In this document: piece after piece, positions 1 to 10,916 of the stretch | Layout of the letters: the number at the start of each line of letters is the position of its first letter | How positions within the stretch are numbered: position 1 is the first letter of the stretch | Source of the DNA: Leucoraja ocellata | Lineage: Eukaryota | Length of the DNA: 64,000 nt | Assembly (NCBI GenBank): GCA_036785375.1 | Contig: JAWMAR010000138.1 | Location: 310,001 to 374,000, forward strand | Reading direction: 5' to 3' | The notes under the pieces: model-generated | Database searches by the model: none | The model's input: only the letters and a program-made list of their open reading frames with translations | What the model was told of the DNA's origin: nothing | Made by a program: the position numbers and the translations under genes

Positions 1-340
1 AAAGCCAATTAAGGCACACAATATTCACAATGTTAACTTTCTTCCCATTCAATTACTGCAGAGTAGAAAATTCCATATTGGGTAATGAAGATCCATTCAG
101 TGGTTTTCATAATCGATTTAAAATGTGTCACCTGGTTTTAACATGGGAACCTACTTCAAATGAACATAAAGGTTTTAAGGATGGATTCCGTTATGAATCC
201 CACCTGAGTTTTAATCATCTGAAGCAATTTTATTTATACTACTGGAAAGTTATGGTGGGTTTCTCTGAGGATGAAGGTATCATGTGCGCTTCTTGGAAAC
301 ATGCACTCACCATGAGGAAATTCTACCGATGATTCGCCTA

Positions 341-753
341 ACATAGAAAAGTAGAAACATAGAAAATAGGTGCAGGAGTAGGCCATTCGGCCCTTCGAGC
401 CTGCACCGCCATTCAATATGATCATGGCTGATCATCCAATTCAGTATCCTGTACCTGCCTTCTATCCATACCCCCTGATCCCTTTAGCCACAAGGGCCAC
501 ATCTAACTCCCTCTTAAATATAGCCAATGAACTGGCCTCAACTACCTTCTGTGGCAGAGAATTCCAGAGATTTACCACTCTCTGTGTGAAAAATGTTTTT
601 CTCATCTCGGTCCTAAAAGATTTCCCCCTTATCCTGAAACTGTGACCCCGTGTTCTGGACTTCCCCAACATCGGGAACAATCTTCCTGCATCTAGTCTGT
701 CCAACCCCTTAAGAATGTTGTAATTTTCTATAAGATCCCCCCTCAATCTTCTA
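341..753 (-). mobile_element. CR1-clade LINE (HER1-like), 5'-truncated 3' end
   Basis: ORF 462..746 (RGDLIE.Y.ILKGLDRLD...RTRGHSFRIRG...FFTQRVVNLWNSLP) is a CR1 ORF2 C-terminus. The 3' UTR has GAAGGGCCGAATGGCCTACTCCTGC and a (CTATGTTT)n-type tail. Confidence 0.9.
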
Positions 754-3682
754 ACCTAAACTATGAGGAAGGGAACAGATTCCAGTTGATAATAAGGTCC
801 AAATTCTTTGGAGGACCCTTTATGTAGTAGACATAGAAGAGACAGTAAATGGCACTTAGGCCAAGATGTCACCTGTCAGACACAGAAATCAAAGTGGATG
901 CAATTATTTCTTCAGAATTATAGTGCCTCAAATGGGGCAGTGAGCGTAAAATTGGGAAACATGTGCAACAAGAGCAGCAGCTCTTAGAAAAGCTCCTGTG
1001 GCAAAGCAGGTAATGGTCAACATGATCATGACCTCCATGGAAAGAGTGGTCCAAGCAGAAGAGAATGGTCAAAGTTTCTAGTTATAGACTGTTACACATA
1101 TTAACAATAGTCGCTTGAAATTCTGAGCTTGTGCATGTATTGTCCATCAGTGTGGTTGAGGTAAGATGTTTGTTTTTGTGTCTCTTCCCTTAAGGTCAAC
1201 CCACATGCACCCATAATGATGTATCCAAAGCAGTGTTGCCAGTGATATTGCTACGGAAGCATTCATTAAATCAATATGTCAACAGTTAAACAGGACGATC
1301 TAACTCCTTATTTGTTTAAGCAATACCCTGTAGACTGGAAGATGTCAGAGCAGACTACGATCATGTCTGTAGCTACTCAGTCCAGAATACCGACATCACC
1401 AGAATTATATCATTGAGTATTGAGAAGTGCAACAGACTAGTTCAAATGCAATGTGGTGCTTTGAGCTACAATTTATATCAGTAAAGATGGAATTGGGCAA
1501 TGAACAAACGACGACATGATGCCCTGATTAATTTTGCAAAGTAATGTTTATCACTTATGGCAGTGCTTAGTCCAATATCATAATTTCACCTAGAAATGAT
1601 GACTAAGGCAATTCACCTTGGGTAAAAATAAGTTTTGCGCAATTCAAATTTGGAAAAAACGTGCCCCACAATAAAATATTCAGCATTTCCTTGTTCTCTA
1701 CCAGTATTTCTTCCATGTGCTGCTTCTAAGGGACTGAGGTCAGAGGAGTAGAGAGATGTTTTAAAACATTATGAACTTAGGTGGCCCCAAGTATCTAAAT
1801 AGAAACAAGGCAGGCTGAGTATTTTTCGAAAGGAAAATCAGCTACACCCTGATCCTGAAAAGATGATATCTTCTCTTTGGAGCTGAAAGAGTGTTCCTTT
1901 GTGTCATTGTTGTCAAGGGCAACAAACTCTTCAGTAAACACATTATGAAGCACAATGATATAAGAAACAATTCTGGGAGGGAATTTACATGGAGTTTATA
2001 TATTTCTACGGTTTCAGTGACATTTCTGTTCTATTTACAAGGACAGAATCTTAAGAACCTCATCGAAAATTCACCTCCTTGTATCAGAAATGCTTTATGT
2101 TCCCGAATCTATGTACGACATAGATATTCCAATCTCTCTCTCCTCTATCTGCCAGGTGAATGTTGGCCTCTATGATTGCTCCTGTGATTAGCCCAGAGAT
2201 AAATTGCAGATTTTTACACTTCCTTGCCCTGTATCCCAGTTTCCCCAGAGGTATAATTAGTCTCTGTCTAGCAGAGAAATTTACAGCCACAATCCATTAT
2301 TAGCCAGTGAATGGATAAGTGGAGCAATTGGTGGAATGGACCTAGAATGTATGACCTGAAGGAGCCAGTATTCATCTAGAAATGACAAATCAGGCCAGGT
2401 ACATCGACGCCTAGTTTTAAAGTGAAAAAACGGCTGTGGTAACTCAGCCCACTGAATCAGCCTGAGGAGGGTCCCAATGACACCTATCCATGTTCTCCAG
2501 AAATCCTGACATGCTGAATTATTTCAGCACTTTGTGCCTTTTGTCTATCAATCATCATCTGCAGTTCTTTATTTCAAATACATACATTGATAGTACCTTT
2601 GCTTGGTTATAGTGGACACTCGGCGATAGCAGACACCACTTCCTTCACTATGGTCCGTTATAACGAGGGTTTACTGTAAACAGATCATGACTGCAGATGA
2701 TCGTTAATAGACATAAGGACACAAAGTGCTGGAGTAATTCAATGGATCAGGATCTCTGGGGAACATGGATATATGACATTGGAATCCTTCCTCAGGCTGA
2801 TTCAGACTGATGACGAGGTCGACTGGAAAGAGAGATGGGAGAAGCAGGCGGTGCTGGTTAGGCAGGGGCCACCGACAGCAAGAAATATCAGCATGAGAGA
2901 GGGGAGGGAGCCCCACTGTGGCCGAGAGGGTTCTTTTGGTGTCGGCGGCTTGAAGAAAGCACTGACCCCAGGGGCCACAACGTCATGTTATGTCACCAGA
3001 CCATCTGGTGGGTGAAGGAGAGCTCAGCTCGCTAGTGTACCTCGCGAGTCGGGAATGGGGTCAGAAGCCAGGGCTGTAAACAGCAAGGGAGATGGTGTGC
3101 ACTGGGGATGGGTTGGCAGGTCCATCCGTTATATCCAAAAACTGTTATAACGGGGTCATTAAAGCGAGGGTTCACTGTATTATCTTTGCGAAACAGTTTG
3201 GAGAAAAGATTGAGAGCACAGCTGAAGAAGGAGTTTGGGAAGCAGCCTTTTTAAAGGTGCCCAGTAAATTAGAGAAGGCTTGACAGGAAGTTCAGAGTTC
3301 AGGAAGGTAAGAGGAAAATTGAACGGGTGGGAGGAGGGGTTGTGGGATGGTGTGGGTGTGTGGGGGGCAGGCAGTGTGGAAACATGAAAAACTTAAAGAT
3401 TAAGCCGACAAAGATAGAAATAGACAAGGCCATGGAGAGGTTTCAATGTTTAGATGTAAACAAATAATCATTTCGCGTTCCAGAGGGATCGACAAGAAAG
3501 AACGCTCACCCATCACAACGCCATCTGTGGCCGCTCAGGGAATTACAACTGAGCTCTCGTAAAATTGATTATAGGGGTGGGCAAACCATCAGTTGCCGGA
3601 ATGTCGGCATCTGCAATGAAAAAAAAATGTACTCTTGTGAGCGGTGCTGAGGATTGCCAGAATATATTTTTATCAAAAAACC

Positions 3683-3799
3683 GAGGTGGGAGATTGCAAC
3701 CTACACGCCCTGTTTCGACGAATGCAATCAACAAGATCAAATATAACAAGTTGACCTACAACTTTAGGCTGTGCACGGCATACGCAAGAAGAAGAAGAA
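3683..3799 (+). mobile_element. Short retroposed element (SINE-like), HDV-ribozyme-headed family; copy with internal deletion
   Basis: Flanked by a 9-bp direct repeat CAAAAAACC (3674-3682 and 3800-3808), has a (GAA)n tail, and is homologous to 4472-4604 with the same 5' start. Confidence 0.85.
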
Positions 3800-4471
3800 C
3801 AAAAAACCATATTGCCCACCCGCCCTTGTCTAAAAAATGAATCTTGGACCTAACTTATGAACCATATGGTAAAGATGGAAATCATGCTCATTATCGTAAA
3901 TGAGACAAAGAAAGTATTAAAAAATGAAAATCATCGCTGATCATATACATTAAGAGCATACCTTGACCTCTGCAGTTTCTGGGAATTAGCCTACTTAATT
4001 ATGTATTAAAACCCAAGTTAACCAGGTTATATCCACATAATGCATCAGATATTGGTGCATTCTAATTGTACTTGTTATTAGTGGCCTAAGCATGAAACCA
4101 CAGTAAGATTCTTATTAGGATGGCTCAATTAGAAAGTGAATAGAGGTTAAAATGAGTTGTAAAGAACCACTTTATCCTAACTTTCTTTTTTAATACTTGC
4201 AAAATGTGCAGAAATCCAGCTCAATGAACTTCAGTTTTGTGGTAAGTTTAATATTCCATTGTCTGTTTATCCAGTTTCTGCTGAATAACTATCACCATGG
4301 AAATTAAATGGTCACATTAGGTTCCATTTGCTAGCGAATTGCTGCTCCACTTGGAAGGACTGTTCGGGGAGATGTGTTGGGTGAGATTCTATCATCAGAA
4401 ACATCTTTCCATTCCCTGCTCTTCCAACATTCTGAAGGCAGAGTAACCATTGAGTCCCTGGTCCACTCTTC

Positions 4472-4604
4472 TTCTTCTTTCCTGTGGCGTGCACAGCCTA
4501 AAGTTGGAGGACAACTTGATCTATTTGATCTTCTCTTTGTGCACTAGTTGATTGCATTAGTCGAAACAGGGCGGACCACGTGAAGGTTGCAATCTTCCAC
4601 CCCA
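4472..4604 (-). mobile_element. Short retroposed element (SINE-like), HDV-ribozyme-headed family; intact copy
   Basis: 12-bp TSD GGTCCACTCTTC (4460-4471 and 4605-4616) and a (GAA)n tail on the minus strand. It is inserted into a Penelope remnant. Confidence 0.88.
4550..4603 (-). ncRNA. Minimal HDV-like self-cleaving ribozyme (predicted fold)
   Basis: GGGGUGG-AA-GAUUGCA-ACC-UUCACGU-GGU-CCGCCCU-G-UUUCGA-C-UAA-UGCAAUC. This gives a 7-bp P1 with a G1.U wobble, a 7-bp P2, a 3-bp P3, a 7-nt L3, a mini-P4 UUCG loop and a C-UAA J4/2. Confidence 0.8.
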
Positions 4605-5339
4605 GGTCCACTCTTCATTCTCAAACAATCACTCTCTTCTCAGGACACCATCCCGTGCTGCTGTTGGATATGTAATATCTGTTCTTTCGCCTCATCTCTT
4701 TCCGCAATACAGAGCTTCAAACAGTCCTACAAACTGAAGCAGGAAATCACGTGCACATCTTCCCATCTTGTCTCGTGCAATTCGGTGCTCCTGTTGTTTT
4801 CTCCTCTCCACTGGAGAGAACAAATATGGATTGTGTGATCACTTTGCAGAGCACCTGTGTTCAGTCTCCAGGGAACACATTAGGTTTAGTTGTCTTTCTC
4901 ATTCACACTCTGACCTAAATGTCAATGGCCTCCTGCACTGTTTTAATAAAGTCCAACTTAAGCTTGAGGAACAACACCTCACCGTCCACCTGGACAAATT
5001 GTTGCCTTTCAGACATTGCCAAATTAAAGAATAGTTGGCAATTTGCTTATTCTGCTTGTATAACTAGCTGGTGCTGCAGAAAGGTTGTCCATCTACAATA
5101 CTGCAGATTTTCTCTCTTTTTCACTTTCTCTCTCTGCACAGACACAACTTGATGTCTGCGGTATTTCCAGCCATCCTGTTCATCAGGAGACCACCAGGCC
5201 CTTCAAGCCTGCCCCATAATTCAATACAGTAGTGGCTGGTCTATGCTGACCTCAGCTGCACTTCTTTGCCAACTCTGACCTGTGTTTCACAGCTAGAACG
5301 TGCCCCTTCATTAATTTCTCCCTCACCACCTTACCACCA

Positions 5340-5645
5340 GGGCAGCAAGGTGGCGCAGCGGTAGAGTTGCTGCCTTACAGTGCTTATAGTGCCAGAGACC
5401 CAGGCTCCATCCTGACTACGGGTGCAGTCTGTTCGTAGTTTGTACGTTCTCCCTGTAACGTGGGTTTTCTCTGAGATCGTCGGTTTCCTCCTAAGCTCCA
5501 AAGACATACAGGTTTGTAGGTTAATTGGCTTGGTATAAATGTAAATTGTCCCTGGTGTGTGTAGAGTTAATGTGCAGGGATCGCTGGCTGGTGCAGACTC
5601 AGTGGGCCAAAGGGCCTGTTTCTGCATTGTATCTCTAAACGAAAC
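5340..5645 (+). mobile_element. tRNA-derived V-SINE (HE1-like)
   Basis: tRNA-like head GGTGGCGCAGCGGTAGAG (A box), central TTTGTACGTTCTCCC..GTGGGTTTTCTC..GGTTTCCTCC V-domain-like block, and a CR1-like 3' tail GGGCCAAAGGGCCTGTTTC. Confidence 0.85.
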
Positions 5646-6706
5646 CCCTCATTAATGTGTTGACTAAAATCTATGTAAACAGTGAGATCACCCGGGAAGC
5701 CCTAGCCTCACTCGAATAGACATATCTCCTTTGTCATATCCACCCCCCCACCATCCACCCTCTCTGAAATTTACAAGCAACTGTTTTTTTAAATTTCCCA
5801 TTCCTGATAATGGGTCTTTGACCTAAAAATTGAACTCCACTTCACCTTCCACAGACGCTGTCTGAATCTTTCCAGCATCTTTTATTCTTATTTTAGGTAT
5901 TCAGAGTCAGCAGATTTTTTTTTTTAAGTTATCGTTTGAATGTATCTTCAGTTCTGTTGCATCCTGCAGGATGTAACTGTGACCAATTTACACAGCTTAG
6001 CACAGCATTGCTTGTGGCGGCCTCATCCACGTAGTCTCATCTTTGGGCAGCTGTGCCGCATGGATAGGTCACAGTGCCTCGTTTCTCACTTCATGATCAG
6101 CAAGCTGCCAACAGGGAGTTCCCCTGTGCAGGCAGATCAGTTCACTCATGCAAATGTGGTGCATTCTGGAGAAAGGCGACCTGCCCCTGTTGATTTATCT
6201 GAGCGAGCCCTGCCTTCAACCTGCTGACATCTCACTGGGAGAGCAAAATCGACCCAGAGTTGTTTAAACTGACCTTATATCATAGAATCAATTTTTTGAG
6301 CTTTCTAAACATAATAAATAATTTAAAAACTGAAGTCTTCCCGGGAGGTTTCACATTTCTGTCAAATCGACGTTGGCACTTTTATATGAGTGACTCCTGA
6401 CTCATGAATATTGAACTGACAAACTTATTTGTCAAATTCTCGCTGCAAAAGTTGCTCAATTGAGAATAGCTGCTGACAATCCGGGCTCCAGAATTCTTCA
6501 CACTTTGCATCGCTGTCAGACCATGCTGGGTGTCTGTTATTCCCTTCCTGCCAGCTGTGCCATCATATCACATGCTTCCCAGTCTCACAACTGAATCTAG
6601 ACCTGTTTGAAATAATTGCAAGCTCAATCTGTGATACTTTTGCTAGTTTCGCAAAACAAAATGTTTAAAATCTAAAGTAAATTTAAATGTAAATAGGCAC
6701 TGTAAA

Positions 6707-6921
6707 TAGACACAAAATGCTGGAGTAACTCAGCGGGACAGGCAGTATCTCTGCAAAGAAGGAATGGGTGATGTTTCGGGTCAAGACCCTTCTTCACCCA
6801 TTCTTGACCCGAAACGTCACCCATTCCTTCTCTCTAGAGAAGCTGCCTGTCCCGCTGACTTACTCCAGCAGTTTGTGTCTATCTTCAGTGTAAATCAGTA
6901 TCTGCTGTTCCTTCCTACACA
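6707..6921. mobile_element. Penelope-derived repeat as an inverted pair (hammerhead-like core)
   Basis: AGACACAAAATGCTGGAGTAACTCAGCGGGACAGGCAG...GTTTCGGGTC is followed by its reverse complement, giving a ~175-bp imperfect palindrome. Confidence 0.8.
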
Positions 6922-7329
6922 TTCCTGGTAATGTATTACTGTATAATCAATAAAATGTACATCAAATTAATTTAATTACATTTGAAATACAGCGCAGATC
7001 TGAGCATATAGTACAGGACAGGACTAATAAATGTCGCTTTCAGATTGTTGCTTCTTTAAAATTGTTTTGTGTGACTATTTATCTGCTCTCTGGGTCAGTT
7101 ATGGAGTTAATAGTAAATTTCAGAGGCAGCCCATGAAAAGCTGTTGAATAACTAAATGCACTTTCTTCGAGTTCCTCATGTCTTAAATGTTTCAATCTTT
7201 ACATTCTGCAAAGGACTTTGCTAGAGGTTAAGAAACCCACTGATCGCATATATTTTATACAACCAGTTAACATAACCTATATTTATTTCCAGATAGTTCC
7301 CCCAAATCACCTTTGAACTTTCCTATCTA

Positions 7330-8066
7330 TCTATATTACTAAAAGTCTGTTCTTGACCGGTTTTGGCCATCTGTGCTGCAATTCCCGAGAGATCGCCGCC
7401 ACCTACCGCCGTCATTTTTGGCCAGCTTGCTCAGAGCCCCCCTCCGCCGCATGTGTGCTGAGGATTTTTCCCATCAATAAAAAATGACAGAGATATTAAT
7501 GTTTTTAGACAATTTCCCATTCTCTCTGCTGCCCCCTCTGGCGGCAGGGAGGAGGGACTATAAAACCAGGAAGTGGTGTGCCTCACTCACTCTTCAAGAT
7601 GGAGGAAGGCAGAGGGTCACGTTTCTCTGAGTTGTGAATAACACCGAACACATGTCTACTCAAATGTAAGTGCCCTTAGTGGTTCTAAAATGCTTGCAGA
7701 ATGTGTCTATTGTTTCTAAAGCTAGCAAAAAAAATGTCTATTGGTTCTAAAGCTTGCTAAATGTGTCTATTGGTTCTAAAGCTGGCAAAAAAAATGTCTA
7801 TTGGTTCGAAAGCTTGCAAAAAAAAATGTCTATTGGCTCTAGAGCTGGCAAAAAATCTCTATTGGTTCTAAAGCTGGCAAAACAAATGTCTATTGGTTCT
7901 AAAGCTTGCAAAAATATGACTATTGGTTCCAAAATGATTCATACCAGTGTTCCAGAAGCCCCCCCCCCCCCCCCCCCCCCGGTGGCTTGGCTTGGGTGTG
8001 TCTTGAAATTGAAAGGCACTACTTATTGCAAATGGTGGCATGAAGTTGAAAGGCACTGCTTACTGA
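7330..8066 (+). mobile_element. Non-autonomous Helitron with internal ~30-bp minisatellite; 3' end lost in the gap
   Basis: A|TCTATATTACTAAAAGTCTG 5' terminus. The first ~180 bp are homologous to the complete Helitron at 41780-42533. The repeat GTCTATTGGTTCTAAAGC(T/TG)GCAAAAAAAT occurs about 8 times at 7675-7935. Confidence 0.75.
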
Positions 8067-8266
8067 NNNNNNNNNNNNNNNNNNNNNNNNNNNNNNNNNN
8101 NNNNNNNNNNNNNNNNNNNNNNNNNNNNNNNNNNNNNNNNNNNNNNNNNNNNNNNNNNNNNNNNNNNNNNNNNNNNNNNNNNNNNNNNNNNNNNNNNNNN
8201 NNNNNNNNNNNNNNNNNNNNNNNNNNNNNNNNNNNNNNNNNNNNNNNNNNNNNNNNNNNNNNNNNN
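8067..8266. other. Assembly gap (200 N)
   Basis: Run of N. Confidence 1.
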
Positions 8267-8859
8267 GGTCTCGATCCGAAACATCACCCATTCCTTCTCT
8301 CCAGAGATGCTGCCTGCCCCGCTGGGTTACTCCAGCTTTTTGGTTTGTATGTTATCATCTGAATTATTTTGTTATTACAGGTAAACTTTTCCAGTTTATT
8401 CTTTAAATCTATTGAAAACAAAACATAACTTTAGTAATATATTTGCATAAATGCTTAACATATTGTGTAGACATCTGGATTGTTTGCATGCAGTATGCAT
8501 GAACTCTGGGTTTGGGAACTGGCCAATTAACATAATAACCTAATTATAAATTAATTACTACATTTATAACAACTGATTATTACAGATAATTATTTATTGC
8601 ATTTCATATACTTAACATTGACAAATTTAATTTTAGCAGCCGAATTTCATCAGTTGCCTCTTCTGATTAACAATTGCTCGCAGTAATAATTAAACTATAC
8701 TCACAACAGCCTTGAAAAGCCTTTGTATTGGATTGCAACTTGCAATAAATAAATAGCTGTTTTATCTGTGTTCTATTTTGTGATAATTTGCTATCTGTTC
8801 TTCAACAATCAAGGAGATAAATAAACATTTGGTAGTATTTCTATTATTTGACAAAAATT

Positions 8860-9700
8860 ACAGAGTTATGGAGTTGCACTGTACAGAAACCAAGTCTGGA
8901 GCAACCACTAGGCACCCAGTTACACTAATCCTACAGTAATCCTGGTTTATTATCCCCACATTTCCATTAACTCCTTAGGTCATGGGTTATGGAGTCATAC
9001 GGCATGAAAACAGGCCTTTCGGCCCAACTAACCCATGCCAACCAACATGTCCTATCTACACTCGTCCCACCTGCCTGCCCATAGCCCTCTAAACCTAACC
9101 TGTCCATGTACCTGTCTAAATGTTTCTTAAACATTGTGATAGTACTTGCTCAACTACCTTCTCTGGCAACTTGTTTCATACCACCCTTTGTGTAAAAATG
9201 TTGCCCCTCAGGTTCCAATTATATCTTTCCTCCCCTCACCTTAAACGTATGACCTTTTGTACTTGATTTGCCTACTGGGTAAACATTTTGTGCATTGTAT
9301 GCATCATTGAAAGATTTTCCCTAAAACCCTGGCCCATGAGTCCTCGCAACATCTTCGTAAATACTTTCTGCACCCTTTCCAGCTGAACAACATCTTGCCT
9401 ATAACAGGGTGACCAAAACTGAACACAATACTCCAAATGTAGCCCCATTAATGTATTGTACAACCGTAACATAACCTCCTAACTTTTGTTCTGAAGAAGG
9501 GTCTCGACCCGAAACGTCACCCATTCCTTCTCGCCAGAGATGCCGCCTGTCCCACCGAATTACTGCAGCATTTTGTGTCCACCTTGGATTTAAACCGGCA
9601 TCTTTCCTACTCCTAACTTTTGTACTCAGTGCTCTGACTGATGAAGGTCAATGTGCCGAGAGCCTCCTCCACCACCCTATCTACTTGTGATGCCACTTTT
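8860..9700 (-). mobile_element. CR1 LINE 3' fragment interrupted by a PLE-type repeat (9490-9610)
   Basis: ORF 9272..9472 (LYNTL...HLEYCVQFWSPCYRQDV..LERVQ) is CR1 ORF2. The insert begins CTGAAGAAGGGTCTCGACCCGAAACGTC. Confidence 0.85.
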
Positions 9701-10324
9701 CTTCTAGATCCTATCACTCACCAACACAGTTGGGGCAATATTGATCTAAAATGGCAGAACTAGACTCAACGGGGGGGCCCAATGATGGGGTCACAATGAC
9801 CCCTTGCACACTTCAAGATTCCATTAATGCCAAATCCAGCCATGAAGCAGCAAGAACAAGCCCCTTAAGGTGTAGAAACTCGAGCTGCAAATGCTGGTTT
9901 ACAAAACATAAAGACCTATGTTCTGGAGTAATTCAGCAGATCAGGCAGCATCCGCGGAGAACATGACTAGGTGACTTGTGGGTCAGGACCTTCTTCAGAC
10001 TAATTTAGTGTTGGGGGGTTGAGGGGTGGGGGGGAGAAAACTAGTAAAGTGGAGGGTCAGGACAAAATGTGGCAGATAAATACAGGCAGGTGGTTGGACA
10101 AAGACCAGAGATGGAAAAAGGCATGAGACAAAAGGTTTTATGAGTTACGAATTGTGAAGTCAGAGGAAGGAATGTGAGTGGAGGGAGGAATATTTATCTA
10201 TGCCTCTCAGAACATAAATAATTACAGTCTATGCTAAAAGGTGTAACTATTACATTATATATTGAGAGTTGCAATTCTGCCTTTTTAATCGCTTCAAGGA
10301 AATGCCTCCATATACTGCAATAGA

Positions 10325-10916
10325 TTGGTAGAGTTGCTGCCTTATGGCCCTGTCCCACTGTACGAGTTCATTCAAGTGCTCTCCTGAATTTAAATAAAAC
10401 AAACGTGGTAAGCACGTAGAATGAACGTAGCGGGTACGTCGGAGCTCGAGGACGTCTCTTAGCGGCTCATAACGCTAACGGCAGGTACTCGGAAGACTCG
10501 CTAACGGCAGGTAAGCTCGGGAAGACTCGTGAAGATTTTTCAACGTTGAAAAATGTCCACGAGAGCCCCGAGTGCTTACGAGCGGGCATTACCATAAATC
10601 TCCGAGTTCAAATCGGGACAAACTCGGGGAGAACTCGTGAATGAACTCGTACAGTGGAACTGGGCTTTTACAGCACCAGAGGCCCGGGTTCGATCCCTAC
10701 CATGGGTGCTGTCTGTAAGGAGTTTGTATGTTCTCCTCGTTACCGTGTGGGTTTTATCCGAAATCCAAAGACCTACAGGTTAGTAGGTTAATTGGCTAGT
10801 TAGAAGTGTAAATTGTCCCTAGCGTGATGTTAATGTGCAGGGATCGCTGGTCGGCGCGACTCGTGGGCCGAAGGACCTGTTTCCGCGCTGTATCTCGAAA
10901 CTAAACTAAACTAAAC
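10325..10916 (+). mobile_element. HE1-like V-SINE interrupted by a MITE
   Basis: GGTAGAGTTGCTGCCTTA|CAGCACCAGAGGCCCGGGTTCGATCC continues across the insert; (CTAAA)n tail. Confidence 0.85.
10345..10667. mobile_element. PIF/Harbinger-type MITE
   Basis: Terminal inverted repeats (TIRs) TGGCCCTGTCCCACTGTACGAGTTCATTCA / TGAATGAACTCGTACAGTGGAACTGGGC. TTA target duplication at 10342-10344 and 10668-10670. Confidence 0.85.

Larger units (their letters stand above)
4330..5030 (+). pseudogene. Penelope-like element (PLE) GIY-YIG endonuclease remnant
   Basis: Frameshifted translation KQEITCTSSHLVS.(I)RCSCCFLLSTGENKYGLCDHFAEHLCSV...KLEEQHL matches the PLE GIY-YIG pattern (TC.S.NLIYCI.C..C.L.YIGET.R.L..RF.EHL). 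Confidence 0.8.

Noticed and set aside
2610-3179. Tigger/pogo-like ends CGAGGGTT(T/C)ACTG|TA at ~2676 and ~3177
   Set aside because: Two same-orientation right ends with no matching left TIR, so the element cannot be delimited.
3001-3535. CTCF-like motifs (CCATCTGGTGG, CGCCATCTGTGG)
   Set aside because: Partial matches of this kind are expected by chance; no supporting data.
5340-5420. tRNA gene
   Set aside because: A tRNA-like SINE head only; no complete cloverleaf, and it continues into the SINE body.
5940-6227. Possible host exon
   Set aside because: No recognisable protein motif or convincing splice pair on either strand.
7675-7935. ~30-bp repeat array resembling a CRISPR
   Set aside because: Units are head-to-tail with no unique spacers, there are no cas genes and the context is eukaryotic. 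It is a Helitron-internal minisatellite.
7754-8362. 202-aa ORF
   Set aside because: Spans a minisatellite and the N gap.
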